Assembly: GCA_026004495.1 (NCBI GenBank)
Contig: BPJG01000001.1
Coordinates: forward strand, 208,750-272,749
Direction of reading: 5' to 3'
DNA length: 64,000 bases
Origin: Candidatus Parcubacteria bacterium
GTDB lineage: Bacteria > Patescibacteriota > Minisyncoccia > UBA6257 > HR35
Shown here: positions 28,529 to 38,967 of the stretch, in pieces
Layout: each line of letters begins with the position of its first letter
Position numbering within the stretch: position 1 is the stretch's first letter
Program-made: the position numbers and the translations under genes
The notes under the pieces: model-generated
Databases searched by the model: none
What the model saw: only the letters and a program-made list of their open reading frames with translations
What the model was told of the DNA's origin: nothing

Positions 28529-30097
28529 CTATTTTACGATAACTTTCAACTCAGATTTTTTTACATTACTTAAAGGCCAATAAGACTCAATAACAAAACT
28601 TTCATCGGTAGTAAATTCTACTTTTGTACTCTGACCCGGTTTTATGGGTTCAGTTTTAAACTTTTTACTTCTAAAATCTAAGCCACCATAATAAACATTT
28701 TGATTCTTGACAATTAAATAAAGAATAACTTTTGTATTTCGAGGAACTTTAATACTTGCTGGATAAAAACCATAATCATCTGCCTCCACTTTTAATTCTT
28801 TGATATTATTTAAAGAAACTGTTGATTGGGTTGTTGTGGTTAAGCTTATTGAACATTTATTTGTCCTTATCCAGCCCTCAGGAACATCGCAAGGTGTTGG
28901 AAATTCTTTACATTCAGAAGGATTTTGAGGATTATAGGCTGGAGCGATTACTTGAATACAGCTTTCTGGTTTTTCAGGCGCCAAAGAACTTTTAGGAATA
29001 ATTTCAAATGGTTTATCGCTCATATCACTTTCTTTTGATTGATCACCAATAATTTCAATCAGATAATAACCCCAATCTAAAGTTTTGTCTTGTAGGGTAG
29101 TTTGACCTTGCCATTGATATTCACCAGTATTAGGAATATTTTCGGCAATAATTATTAGCATTAGTTCAGGCATTGAACAAGCTGGTTGTGTGTAAAGACA
29201 AGCAATATAGGGTTTTAAATAAATACTTACTGTTTTATCTTTTGGTGCTACCCATTTTATTTTTTGATAAGAATCAATTGGCCAAACTTCTCCACCATTG
29301 GGTGAAATAACTCTTAATTTTGCTTCTTTTGGTGGTTGCGATGTTGAGATAATTTTTCTTACAATCAAAGCCTCAATGCCATAATTATCTTTGTCCATAA
29401 ATCCATAAACATTTATCTTGTCACCAACATTAAAATCATCTAATCCTGATCTTTGTCTATTTCTTTGAAGTAAAATTGTGTCATCTGTAATTTTAATTGT
29501 TAATTCTTTAAATAAAATTTGTCTCCTTAAATCTAAAGCACAAGGAAGGGAGATCTCACTATCTTCTGATTCAAACATTAAACATTTCCAGCTAATATCT
29601 CTAACTGCAAAAAGGATTGCTTTTGTATTTTCAATTCCTGGTTCTTTAATAATTCTTGTTATCCTTAAATTATTTAACTGGACAATAGCATCATCTTCTC
29701 TAATTTCATCAGGCAAAATTTTTTGAAAGATGTTGGGAGTTAGGGGAGTTTGAGTTGCTGGAATAACTGGTTGAATTCCCTTAGGTAAATTTTTTGGTGC
29801 TGGTATTGGAAGAAGCTTTTCTATTTCTGTTATTTGTTTTTCTTGAATTTCTTCTATTTCAATTGGCGGCTGTGTCTGATTAATCGAATATTGCTGAATT
29901 AATTTTTGTAAGATATCCAAAAAATTTATGGAAGCTTGTTTCTCTTGAATAGCTTGTTGATTAATCGAATATTGCTGACTTAATTTTTGTAAGATGTCCC
30001 CAATTTGATTTAAAAGATTTTGATCGACTTGAGTTGTCTGGGCAGAAACAAAACTAATGCCTATAAAAATTATTAGAAATAAAGCATATTTTTTCAT
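28529..30097 (-). CDS. Secreted repeat protein with C-terminal cupredoxin-like (copper-ligand-less) domain
   Basis: 522 aa. Signal peptide MKKYALFLIIFIGISFVSAQT. Duplicated peptide (ILQKL.QQYSINQ) encoded by an 81-bp tandem DNA repeat. C-terminal ~90 aa resembles the 24850..25485 cupredoxin fold (F.P..I.V....V.L..KN...EFTT) but lacks His/Cys/Met ligands. Confidence 0.55.
   Translation of the reverse strand: MKKYALFLIIFIGISFVSAQTTQVDQNLLNQIGDILQKLSQQYSINQQAIQEKQASINFLDILQKLIQQYSINQTQPPIEIEEIQEKQITEIEKLLPIPAPKNLPKGIQPVIPATQTPLTPNIFQKILPDEIREDDAIVQLNNLRITRIIKEPGIENTKAILFAVRDISWKCLMFESEDSEISLPCALDLRRQILFKELTIKITDDTILLQRNRQRSGLDDFNVGDKINVYGFMDKDNYGIEALIVRKIISTSQPPKEAKLRVISPNGGEVWPIDSYQKIKWVAPKDKTVSIYLKPYIACLYTQPACSMPELMLIIIAENIPNTGEYQWQGQTTLQDKTLDWGYYLIEIIGDQSKESDMSDKPFEIIPKSSLAPEKPESCIQVIAPAYNPQNPSECKEFPTPCDVPEGWIRTNKCSISLTTTTQSTVSLNNIKELKVEADDYGFYPASIKVPRNTKVILYLIVKNQNVYYGGLDFRSKKFKTEPIKPGQSTKVEFTTDESFVIESYWPLSNVKKSELKVIVK
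29876..29999. repeat. Intragenic tandem direct repeat, 2 copies of ~43 bp conserved core at 81-bp period
   Basis: ctgattaatcgaatattgctgaattaatttttgtaagatatcc / ttgattaatcgaatattgctgacttaatttttgtaagatgtcc; encodes the duplicated peptide in 28529..30097. Confidence 0.8.
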
Positions 30098-30140
30098 TTT
30101 TTTAAAATTAGATCTAATTTCGACTCTTTATTTTATTATA

Positions 30141-31037
30141 TCAAATATTTTTACAGATTTCTATTCCCTCTTCTAAGCTAATTTTTGGTTTCCACCCTAA
30201 AATTTTTCGTGCCAAGGAATTATCACCCAAAGTATGCCGTGGTTCTCCTTTTCTTTTTGGTAAATAATTTTTTTTGCCACCAATTAATTTAGCAACATAA
30301 TTGATTGAATGATTTTTACCATAACAAATATTAATTACTTCTCCTTTGCCAACCCTTTTACTTTTCATTGCTAAAATATTTGCTTCAATAACATCATCAA
30401 TATAAGTAAAATCTCTTGTTTGTTTGCCATCGCCATAAATTGTTAATGGCTTTCCTTCTTTTTTAAGTTTTAAAAATCTTCCAATAACCAAAGCATAGGG
30501 ACCTTCTGGATCCATTCTTGGACCATAAACATTAAAATATCTTAGAGAAACAGTTTCTAAATCATATAAACTTGAAAATAATTTGCAATAATATTCACCC
30601 ACTAATTTTTGTAAGGCATAAGGAGAAAGCGGATTAGGAACCATCGATTCTCTTAAGGGCAAGTTTTTTTGTTCTCCATAAACCGAAGAACTTGAAGAAT
30701 AAATTACTCTTTTAGCTTTATTTTTATCACTAGCATAAAGAACATTTAAGGTGCCATCAATATTGACTCTATGAGTTTCAATTGGTTTATCAATTGAAAG
30801 ATGTACTCTTGGCAAAGCGGCTGTATGGAAAACATAATCAACTCCTTTAAATAAAGGTAAAATTTTATCCAAATTACAAATATCAACTTTATAAAAAATA
30901 GCTTTAGGATTTAAATTTTCTTTTTTACCACCAGAAAGATTATCAATCACGATAACTTTATATCCTTCTTTAATCAATCTATCAACTAAATGACTGCCAA
31001 TAAATCCTGCTCCACCCGTAACTAAAATCTTTGCCAT
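30141..31037 (-). CDS. NAD-dependent nucleotide-sugar epimerase/dehydratase (GalE/WbpP-like SDR)
   Basis: TGGAGFIGSH Rossmann motif; catalytic YxxxK (YALQK); 298 aa. Confidence 0.8.
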   Translation of the reverse strand: MAKILVTGGAGFIGSHLVDRLIKEGYKVIVIDNLSGGKKENLNPKAIFYKVDICNLDKILPLFKGVDYVFHTAALPRVHLSIDKPIETHRVNIDGTLNVLYASDKNKAKRVIYSSSSSVYGEQKNLPLRESMVPNPLSPYALQKLVGEYYCKLFSSLYDLETVSLRYFNVYGPRMDPEGPYALVIGRFLKLKKEGKPLTIYGDGKQTRDFTYIDDVIEANILAMKSKRVGKGEVINICYGKNHSINYVAKLIGGKKNYLPKRKGEPRHTLGDNSLARKILGWKPKISLEEGIEICKNI

Positions 31038-31080
31038 AATTAAATTATAATATATCTTGCTATTTTGATAAAATTAAATT

Positions 31081-32163
31081 ATGAAAGTTTTAATTGTGAT
31101 CACACAAGGAGTAGTCGGAGGAGCGACAAATTCTGTTTATTTTTTAGCAAAAGGCTTAAAAGAAAAAAACATTGATGTTAAAGTTGGTTTTGGCGAAGGA
31201 GAATATTTGAAAGAAAAATTAGAAAAAGAAAATATTCCTTATATAAATTTTAAATGGCTGAAAAGAACCCATAATCCTTTAGCAAATTTATTTTTTATTT
31301 TTGAAATAAAAAGATTTTTAGATAAAAAAAAATTTGATGTTGTTCATTTTAATTCAACCAATGCTTTATTTGGATCTATTGGAGCAAAATTTTCTAAATC
31401 AAAACCAAAAACAATTTTTACTTTTCGCGGACTTTCAATTTTAGATCCTTATTATCAAAAAAATAAAATTTTAAAAACTATTTATTGGTGTATTTTTAAA
31501 TTTTTGCTTTTATTTATTGATGTTCCTGTCTTTGTCTCAAATCATAATTTAGAAATAACCAAAAAAATGAAATTAACTAATAAGGGAGTCGTAATTTATA
31601 ATGGAATTCCTGAGCCAGAATTTTTGGATAAAGAAACCTCAAAAAAATTTTTTGAAGAAAAATTAAAAATACCACTTGCAAATAAATTTATAATTGGATC
31701 AATTGGAAGGTTAGATTATCAAAAAAATTATGAATTTTTAATCCAAATTTTTCCTGAAATTCTAAAAACAAAAGAAAATGCAATTGCTATTATTATTGGC
31801 GAAGGAGAAGAAAGAAAAAAATATGAAAACTTAATTAAAAAACATAATTTACAAGATAAATTCTTTTTAATTGGCGAAATAAAAGATGCTTCAAGATATT
31901 TAAAAGCTTTTGATTCATTTGTTTTACCTTCTCGCTATGAAGGAATGTCAATAACTTTAATTGAAGCCTTATTTGCCCAAATTCCAATTTTAGCATCAGA
32001 TGTTGGAGGAAATAAAGAAATTATAGGAGAAAAATGTATATATGAATTTAATAATCAAAATGAATTTTTAACTAAATCTAAAAATCCCCAAATTCCACCA
32101 AAAGAAAAAATAAATGATTTTGAGATTAAAAACACAATTGATAATTATTTAAAAATTTACTAA
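31081..32163 (+). CDS. Glycosyltransferase family 1 (GT4-type)
   Basis: C-terminal EGMSITLIEALFAQIPILASDVGGNKEII (EX7E-type motif). Confidence 0.75.
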   Translation: MKVLIVITQGVVGGATNSVYFLAKGLKEKNIDVKVGFGEGEYLKEKLEKENIPYINFKWLKRTHNPLANLFFIFEIKRFLDKKKFDVVHFNSTNALFGSIGAKFSKSKPKTIFTFRGLSILDPYYQKNKILKTIYWCIFKFLLLFIDVPVFVSNHNLEITKKMKLTNKGVVIYNGIPEPEFLDKETSKKFFEEKLKIPLANKFIIGSIGRLDYQKNYEFLIQIFPEILKTKENAIAIIIGEGEERKKYENLIKKHNLQDKFFLIGEIKDASRYLKAFDSFVLPSRYEGMSITLIEALFAQIPILASDVGGNKEIIGEKCIYEFNNQNEFLTKSKNPQIPPKEKINDFEIKNTIDNYLKIY

Positions 32164-34043
32164 AGATAACGATTAGCCCATAATTGGAACATCAATAAAA
32201 ACCAAATTTTATTACTATTTTCCTTCCCTAAATAAAAATTTGTTTTTAGCTTATCAATAAAATCATAATTTAAAACATTATTTTGCTTGATAATATCTCT
32301 AGTTGTTAATTCATCTAATAACTTCTTAAGCTCAATTTTCAACCATTCATCTTGCGGAATTCCAAAGCCATGCTTTGGTCTTTCAAAAAGTTCTCTGGGG
32401 AGATATTTTGCTAAAAGTTTTTTCAATATATATTTGCCTGAATTTTTAGTAAATTTATATTTTAGCGGCAATGGTGCGACAAATTCTAAAATTTTATGAT
32501 CTAATAAGGGTTCTCTTGTCTCTAGAGCAACTGCCATACTCGCTCGATCAACTTTTACTAAAATATCTTCTGATAAGTAATATTTAGCATCAATCAACAT
32601 CCATTGCATTAATTTTGGCAACTTGGTTAATTTATTGTTTTCAATTGAAAAATTTATTTCACTACTTATTCTAAAATCAGGATTAACTAATTGGTTATAA
32701 TCATCTAAAAAATAGCTTGAAATATAAGAAAATCCCTCGTTAATATTTTTATATCTTAATAATTTCGAAGATTTTTCAATTCGATGTTGATTTTCACCTT
32801 TAACTTTCAAAATAAGCCTCCAAAATGGTTCTAAAAATTTATTAAAAACTAATCTATTTTCAAAAACAATTCTAAATATCCAATAACGATCATAACCACC
32901 AAAAAATTCATCTCCGCCATCACCACTTAAAATAACTTTAACTTTCTCACGAGCGATTTTTGAAACTAAATGAGTTGGAATGGCTGAAGAATCACCAAAT
33001 GGTTCATCATAAATTTCAGGTAATTTAGGAATAATTTCTAAAGCTTCATTAATTGAACAAAACATTTCAGTATGATCTGTACCTAAATATTCAGCAATTT
33101 TTTTAGCCCATTTGCTTTCATCATATTTTGTTTCATAAAAGCCAATCGTAAATGTTTTTAATTTTTGGGATATATTTCTTTGAAGTAAAGCAGTAACAGT
33201 TGAAGAATCAATACCTCCACTTAAAAATACACCAACAGGGACATCTGAAACCAATCTTAATTTAAAAGATTCAATTAAGATTTGCTCTAAATTTTCAATT
33301 AATTCATTTTCATCAAAATTTTTATCTTTGATCTCAAAATATTTTTCATAAACTTTACCTAAATCCCAATATTTTTCTTTTTTGAGATTTTTATTTTTAT
33401 CAATAATTAAATAACTGCCTGTTTCTAACTTATAAACATTCTGCCAAATCGAATAAGGATAAAAAATATAACCATATCTAAAAAATAAAAACAAACCCTC
33501 TTTACTAATTTCTTTTTTAAATTTGGGGTGCTTTAAAAATGCCTTAGTTTCAGAAGCGAACATAAAAAGTCCATTCGAAAAATAATAATATAATGGTTTC
33601 ACTCCAATTCTATCTCTAATTAAAATTAGTTCTTCCCTTCTCTTATCCCAAATAGCAATCGCAAACATGCCTCTAAATTTTGAAAGACAATCTAATCTCC
33701 AATGCTTATAAGCATAAATAATTACTTCCGTATCAGAATTAGACTTAAATTTATAACCAAAACCTTCTAATTCTTTTTTTATTTCTTGAAAATTATAAAT
33801 TTCGCCATTAAACACTACAACAATTTCATTTTTATCATCAATCATTGGCTGATGGCCTAAGGGCGACAAATCTAAAATTGAAAGTCTTCTATTTGCCAAT
33901 CCTAAACCTAAATCTTTTTCAAGATAATTTCCAGCATCATCAGGTCCTCCATGTTTTAAAACATCTCTCATTTGAGTCAAAACATTATCTAAATCATATT
34001 CTCCCTTATAATTAAAATCCCAAAATCCTGTTATACGGCACAT
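32160..34043 (-). CDS. asnB: Asparagine synthetase (glutamine-hydrolysing)-family amidotransferase
   Basis: N-terminal Cys nucleophile (MCRITG), PP-loop LSGGIDSSTV; 627 aa; glycan-cluster context suggests sugar/uronate amidation. Confidence 0.8.
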   Translation of the reverse strand: MCRITGFWDFNYKGEYDLDNVLTQMRDVLKHGGPDDAGNYLEKDLGLGLANRRLSILDLSPLGHQPMIDDKNEIVVVFNGEIYNFQEIKKELEGFGYKFKSNSDTEVIIYAYKHWRLDCLSKFRGMFAIAIWDKRREELILIRDRIGVKPLYYYFSNGLFMFASETKAFLKHPKFKKEISKEGLFLFFRYGYIFYPYSIWQNVYKLETGSYLIIDKNKNLKKEKYWDLGKVYEKYFEIKDKNFDENELIENLEQILIESFKLRLVSDVPVGVFLSGGIDSSTVTALLQRNISQKLKTFTIGFYETKYDESKWAKKIAEYLGTDHTEMFCSINEALEIIPKLPEIYDEPFGDSSAIPTHLVSKIAREKVKVILSGDGGDEFFGGYDRYWIFRIVFENRLVFNKFLEPFWRLILKVKGENQHRIEKSSKLLRYKNINEGFSYISSYFLDDYNQLVNPDFRISSEINFSIENNKLTKLPKLMQWMLIDAKYYLSEDILVKVDRASMAVALETREPLLDHKILEFVAPLPLKYKFTKNSGKYILKKLLAKYLPRELFERPKHGFGIPQDEWLKIELKKLLDELTTRDIIKQNNVLNYDFIDKLKTNFYLGKENSNKIWFLLMFQLWANRYL

Positions 34044-34083
34044 GAATACATTATACTTTTTATTTTTTCAAAATACTTTTTCC

Positions 34084-35280
34084 CTATATTATCTCCTTCC
34101 ATTTTAAAATAATATTTTTAATATCAAAATCTTTTGCTCTTTCAATGCTTAAATTTTTATACTTTTCAACTAAATAATTATTATTTAAAACTTTTTTGAG
34201 TGTTTCGATCCACATTTTTTCTTCGATTGTTAAATCATCTTTATGGTTTAAAAATCTATTTTGAAAAATAGGCATTAAAATTCCATACTGAGCAAATTCT
34301 GGTTCTTTAGTTTGAAAATTAAAATCAGTATCAGGAGCCAAAATCTCTCTTGGACCTGTACGACAATCAGAAGAAACTACCGGAACGCCATAAGCCATTG
34401 TTTCTACTAAAGCATTGGGGAAACCCTCAAATAAACTTGGAAAAATAAAAGCTTTAGAGTGAGCAATAAATTTATAAGGATTATTTTGAAAGCCTAAGAA
34501 ATAGACATCATAATCTTTAGTTAAATCATTTCTATCCCAAACAAAAGTTTTTAAATTAAGTCTTTGAGATAACTCAACTAAATAATTTTTTAATTCTCCT
34601 TCGCCTAAAATCACAAGTTTCAAATTAGGGAATTCTTTTTTAACTTCTTTAAAAATCCTTAATAAATACCATTGACCTTTTTGCTTAGTTAATCTACCTA
34701 CATTAATTAAGACTTCTTTTTGAAAAATAATCTCATATTCATCTAAAGGTTCTTTTATTTTTTCTTGAATTTCATTAAAGAAGATTGGATTATATATTAC
34801 CTTAATTTTTTCGGATGAAATGCTGAATGTTTTTATTAATTCATCTTTTATACCTTCTGAAACTGCTACAATTAAATTTGCTTTAGGATATAAAAATTTC
34901 GAAAGCAAATTATAAGGATGCAATTTAAATCTACCAAAAATTTGAGACATCCGAATTGAAACAATAGTTTTGTGCTTAGTAATTAAAGAAGTTAAAATAT
35001 TAACATAATTGCTTCTCTCTAAAAAAGAAATAATTACATCATCTGGATTAAGATATTTTTTAAGTCTTAAAGAATGAATAGGGATAAATAAAGTTTTCAA
35101 AATAGCATTTGTTTTGTAATTGTGTTTTAATAAAAAAACTACTTTTTCCTTAGGCACTTCATATTTTATATCTTTTTCTAAAAGAAATATTTTGTCAAAA
35201 TCTAAAGTTCGGAATAAATTAAAAGCAACTTTTTCTGCCCCACCGCCATAAAGTGAATTTATTAAAATAAATTTTTTCAT
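34084..35280 (-). CDS. Glycosyltransferase family 1 (GT4-type)
   Basis: EGFPNALVETMAYGVPVVSSD motif; 398 aa. Confidence 0.75.
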   Translation of the reverse strand: MKKFILINSLYGGGAEKVAFNLFRTLDFDKIFLLEKDIKYEVPKEKVVFLLKHNYKTNAILKTLFIPIHSLRLKKYLNPDDVIISFLERSNYVNILTSLITKHKTIVSIRMSQIFGRFKLHPYNLLSKFLYPKANLIVAVSEGIKDELIKTFSISSEKIKVIYNPIFFNEIQEKIKEPLDEYEIIFQKEVLINVGRLTKQKGQWYLLRIFKEVKKEFPNLKLVILGEGELKNYLVELSQRLNLKTFVWDRNDLTKDYDVYFLGFQNNPYKFIAHSKAFIFPSLFEGFPNALVETMAYGVPVVSSDCRTGPREILAPDTDFNFQTKEPEFAQYGILMPIFQNRFLNHKDDLTIEEKMWIETLKKVLNNNYLVEKYKNLSIERAKDFDIKNIILKWKEII

Positions 35281-36227
35281 TTAATTTTACCTTGAAAATA
35301 AATATGAGCACCTTGAATAAAAGGATAAATAAAAAGTGAAATCGGGATTAGAAAAAGGGTCCTAAAAAATTTTAAAGTTTTAATAAGATTATTTTTAAAA
35401 AGCTTATTCTTATTGTTTTTGTTTAAATAAATTTTTTCTCTTAATTTCTTTTTTAAATTAAAAGTATATTTACCAAATAACCAAATTTCTATAAGAGTTG
35501 CGATTTCAGTCAAACTTTTAGTATCGCTAATTTCGACAGAAAATCCCTGATGTTCAAAAAAATTTTTCAAAACCTTTTTAGAAAATCTCAAGAAATGATG
35601 AGGTGGTAAATCTGTTTTGTCATATTTACCTTGATATAAATTAATAAAAACTGACTCTCTATTAGGCACTGTTCCAACAATATAACCCTCTGGTTTTAAT
35701 AATATTTTTATTTGTTCTAAAAATTCTTTAGGTTTATCTTGATGTTCTAAAACTTCAAAAAATGTGATAACATCAAATTTCAAATCTTTTTCTTTAGCCA
35801 AATCAACAAATTCTTCTAAGCTCATCGGAAATACATTTTTTAAACCAAATTTATTTTTTGCCACTTCAATACTTTTTTTATCAAAATCAATGCCCCAGAC
35901 TTCAAATCCTAATTTTTGAGCCTCTTTTATAAAAACTCCATCACCACAACCTATATCTAATAACCTACCTTGATTTAAGAAAAATTTTTTGAAAAATGGG
36001 ATATGCCATTCTTGAATGTTTCTAATACCTGCATGATATAAATCATAAGCAATTTCACCTTCCTCTTCATAAAATTCTGGAATAATTTTTAAAGGCTCCC
36101 ACCATTCTCCGTCGCAATTTAGGCAATGATAAAGTTTATATTCTTGATTATTAAAATCAGAAATATATTTTTCTAAATATTTATCTGAATTTATTTCAAA
36201 ATCACATAATGGACATTTGTATTTCAT
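35277..36227 (-). CDS. Class I SAM-dependent methyltransferase with N-terminal Zn-ribbon
   Basis: CPLC...CLNC cysteines; motif I LLDIGCGDGVF; 316 aa. Confidence 0.7.
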   Translation of the reverse strand: MKYKCPLCDFEINSDKYLEKYISDFNNQEYKLYHCLNCDGEWWEPLKIIPEFYEEEGEIAYDLYHAGIRNIQEWHIPFFKKFFLNQGRLLDIGCGDGVFIKEAQKLGFEVWGIDFDKKSIEVAKNKFGLKNVFPMSLEEFVDLAKEKDLKFDVITFFEVLEHQDKPKEFLEQIKILLKPEGYIVGTVPNRESVFINLYQGKYDKTDLPPHHFLRFSKKVLKNFFEHQGFSVEISDTKSLTEIATLIEIWLFGKYTFNLKKKLREKIYLNKNNKNKLFKNNLIKTLKFFRTLFLIPISLFIYPFIQGAHIYFQGKIK

Positions 36228-37000
36228 TTTTGAAAAAAACTTAATGTTTTATAAGTCATAATTTTTATGATTGTCGAAATTAATTTGAAAGGACAATTTT
36301 TAAATAAATCTTTATAAAAATTTTTAAAAAATAAATAATGAACTGTTGCTAATCTTTTATAGTTTTTACTTTTAACCGATAATCTGTCTTCTAATTTATT
36401 ATTGTAAATTCTTGCAATTTTATTAGAAAAATAAGCTCTATATCCTCTTTTTAGAATTTTAATCCAAGTAATAGCTTCTCCTCCTTTTATGTTTTCTATA
36501 AATTTTTCTTCTAAAAAAACTTCTTTTTTAATTATAGGCAGAGCCTCGCCTTTAATTTTACATATAAAATCTTTATAAGTTAAATAGCCTTCATAATTTT
36601 TAATATTTATAGGTATATTACCATCTAAATCTTTGCAAGCAAAAATAAAAAAAGAAACATCAGGCAATTTTTGGATATAACTATAAATAATTTCTAAAGC
36701 ATCGACTGTTAATTCATCATCTGAATCTAAAAAAATTAACCAATCACCAATCGCTTTTTCTGAGCCAAAATTACGGGCAACATTAGGGCTTGAATTCCTT
36801 TCTAATTTAAAATATTTTATTTTTGATGATTGTTGTAAATATTTCTGCACCACATCCTTAGTATTATCTATTGATCCATCGTCAACAATTATCATTTCCC
36901 AATTATCAAAATTTTGTCTTAAGACACTTTCAATCGATTTATTAATTATGTAAACTCGATTATAAGTAGGGGTAATGATACTAAAAAATGCTCTATTCAT
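36224..37000 (-). CDS. Glycosyltransferase family 2
   Basis: FSIITPTYNR...IIVDDGSIDNT...DSDD (DXD) motifs. Confidence 0.8.
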   Translation of the reverse strand: MNRAFFSIITPTYNRVYIINKSIESVLRQNFDNWEMIIVDDGSIDNTKDVVQKYLQQSSKIKYFKLERNSSPNVARNFGSEKAIGDWLIFLDSDDELTVDALEIIYSYIQKLPDVSFFIFACKDLDGNIPINIKNYEGYLTYKDFICKIKGEALPIIKKEVFLEEKFIENIKGGEAITWIKILKRGYRAYFSNKIARIYNNKLEDRLSVKSKNYKRLATVHYLFFKNFYKDLFKNCPFKLISTIIKIMTYKTLSFFQK

Positions 37001-37917
37001 TATTTTAAAAAAATAAAATTATCAAAACCATTGGTGATCAAAGATAAATCCCCATATTTTTCTTCTAATTCTCCATCTTTAGTAATGAAATAAGATTTAT
37101 AGTTCCAATCTCTTAATAAATTCACTGCTCTCATTGATAATTCACCATTATTATCTTTACCCCATACTTCTAAACAAATCATTGGAGAATTGTTTTTAAG
37201 AAATTTTTCTGCTCCTTTTAAAACTTCGTACTCTGCTCCCTCTACATCAATTTTTAAAAAAGTTGGCAGAGTGTGTTTTTCTTCGTAAATATATTTATCT
37301 AATGTGGTTGAAAATACCTCTTTTATGGTCAAATTTTTAAAATGTAAAATATTTGACTTAATAGAACTTAATCCATATAAATCACCAGGTATGTAAAGTT
37401 TTAGTAAGCCCTCTTTGCCTGATAAAGCAACTTCATTTATAAAAACATTATTTTTATCTTTTAAATTTAATCTTAGGCTTTCTATACATTCTTTTATTGG
37501 CTCAAAACTATGAACTTCTTTACAAAATTCTAAAGCTAAATACGTATAATAGCCAAAATTTGCTCCGATATCATAAAATACATCTTCTGATTTAAGATTT
37601 CTAATTAAAAATTTGGTTAATTTCAATTCATTCGAATCTCTTAAAAATCCAAAATACAACATCGAGCTACTCGAATTTCCTCCTTTCAAAATAATATCTT
37701 TTAATTTCAGAATTTTAATTTTCTTTTTAATTGGAAATAGTCTGAAGATTAAAAAAGAGAAAGTAGAAAAAGGAGAATACAAAAATCTTAATAAGTTTCT
37801 TTTAAAACGAGAAAATAAATCTATTCCCTGCCAGCCTTCTTTATTCCATTCCTGAAAAAACTTTTCAAAATTATCAATTTCTTTTAATAAAAATTTTCTT
37901 TTTTGATCCAAATACAT
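37000..37917 (-). CDS. FkbM-family methyltransferase
   Basis: FYDIGANFGYYTYLA motif; paralog of 38939..39919. Confidence 0.7.
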   Translation of the reverse strand: MYLDQKRKFLLKEIDNFEKFFQEWNKEGWQGIDLFSRFKRNLLRFLYSPFSTFSFLIFRLFPIKKKIKILKLKDIILKGGNSSSSMLYFGFLRDSNELKLTKFLIRNLKSEDVFYDIGANFGYYTYLALEFCKEVHSFEPIKECIESLRLNLKDKNNVFINEVALSGKEGLLKLYIPGDLYGLSSIKSNILHFKNLTIKEVFSTTLDKYIYEEKHTLPTFLKIDVEGAEYEVLKGAEKFLKNNSPMICLEVWGKDNNGELSMRAVNLLRDWNYKSYFITKDGELEEKYGDLSLITNGFDNFIFLK

Positions 37918-37929
37918 TTTTTAATTTTA

Positions 37930-38967
37930 TCAAAAAACATACCACTGAACAAAGTATTTATTTTGAAAATAGCCCTTTTTATCCTTGTAATAATCCCAAT
38001 CTATATTTTTAGAAATTAAAATTAATGGAATATCTCCTAGGGCTGAAGCTAAAATACTAAAACTACTTTGACAACCCAAAATTATACTAGTTTTTGATAA
38101 AAGCCATAAATCTTCTACTGGATTTTTAGTCAATGGCTTATAAATATTAAAACCAGAAAACTTTACTAGATCAACATCGCCATTAGAACAAATAACAAAA
38201 CAAACTTTATCAAGATTAAGGTTTATAAATTTACAAATTTCATTAAATGACTTTATTAATGTTTCGTAATCATTTATAGAAAAATAAAACAAAGGGTCAT
38301 TTTCATATTTCCAATCACCATCTAATAAATGTTCTTTTTGTCTTAAATGAACACCAATTAAATAATCATATTGTGTTCCTAATTCATTGATTATTTCATT
38401 TACTTTATTTATATATTTTTCTTTAGGTTTAAAGAATTCTAAAATCTCTTGGCGATATTTTTTTATACCTTCAGGATTACGAAATAGCCAACCAGAAAAA
38501 TAAATAATTTTTACTTTAGGATCATTCTCTAATTCTAATAGTTTGCCTTCCGATGGTTTTGTCGGTGGTAAAAGATATACATCTAATGGTGACCGAGGAA
38601 TAAGCCCAGCATAAATAAAATTTTTTCCCTTTACTATTTCTAAAATGAAATAAAAAATCAAATAAAGAAGTTTAAAAATTTTTCTGATTATATAAAAGCC
38701 TAATCGTCTTTTTCTAAAATTTAATGGTTCTAATATATCAGAAAAAAAATTAAAGCCTTTATAAAATACTAAGTCAATAAAAAAGTTCTTTATCTTAAAA
38801 TCAAAATATTTTGTATACTCATAAAATTTATAACTATCAAATTCATAGCCTTTCTCTAAGGCATAAGCCAGTAATGAAATATGAACCCAAAGCTGATTAG
38901 CTAATTGAGAATCATTATGTTTAACTAAAATAACTTTTTTACAGACGTGGGGTTTTTGTGAAAACAT
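37930..38967 (-). CDS. Hypothetical protein, possible glycosyltransferase
   Basis: 345 aa ORF inside the glycan cluster; no confident family motif. Confidence 0.4.
   Translation of the reverse strand: MFSQKPHVCKKVILVKHNDSQLANQLWVHISLLAYALEKGYEFDSYKFYEYTKYFDFKIKNFFIDLVFYKGFNFFSDILEPLNFRKRRLGFYIIRKIFKLLYLIFYFILEIVKGKNFIYAGLIPRSPLDVYLLPPTKPSEGKLLELENDPKVKIIYFSGWLFRNPEGIKKYRQEILEFFKPKEKYINKVNEIINELGTQYDYLIGVHLRQKEHLLDGDWKYENDPLFYFSINDYETLIKSFNEICKFINLNLDKVCFVICSNGDVDLVKFSGFNIYKPLTKNPVEDLWLLSKTSIILGCQSSFSILASALGDIPLILISKNIDWDYYKDKKGYFQNKYFVQWYVF

Noticed and set aside
29876-29999. Direct repeats considered as a possible CRISPR array
   Set aside because: Only two copies, 81-bp period, inside a coding region and encoding a duplicated peptide; no cas genes in the window.
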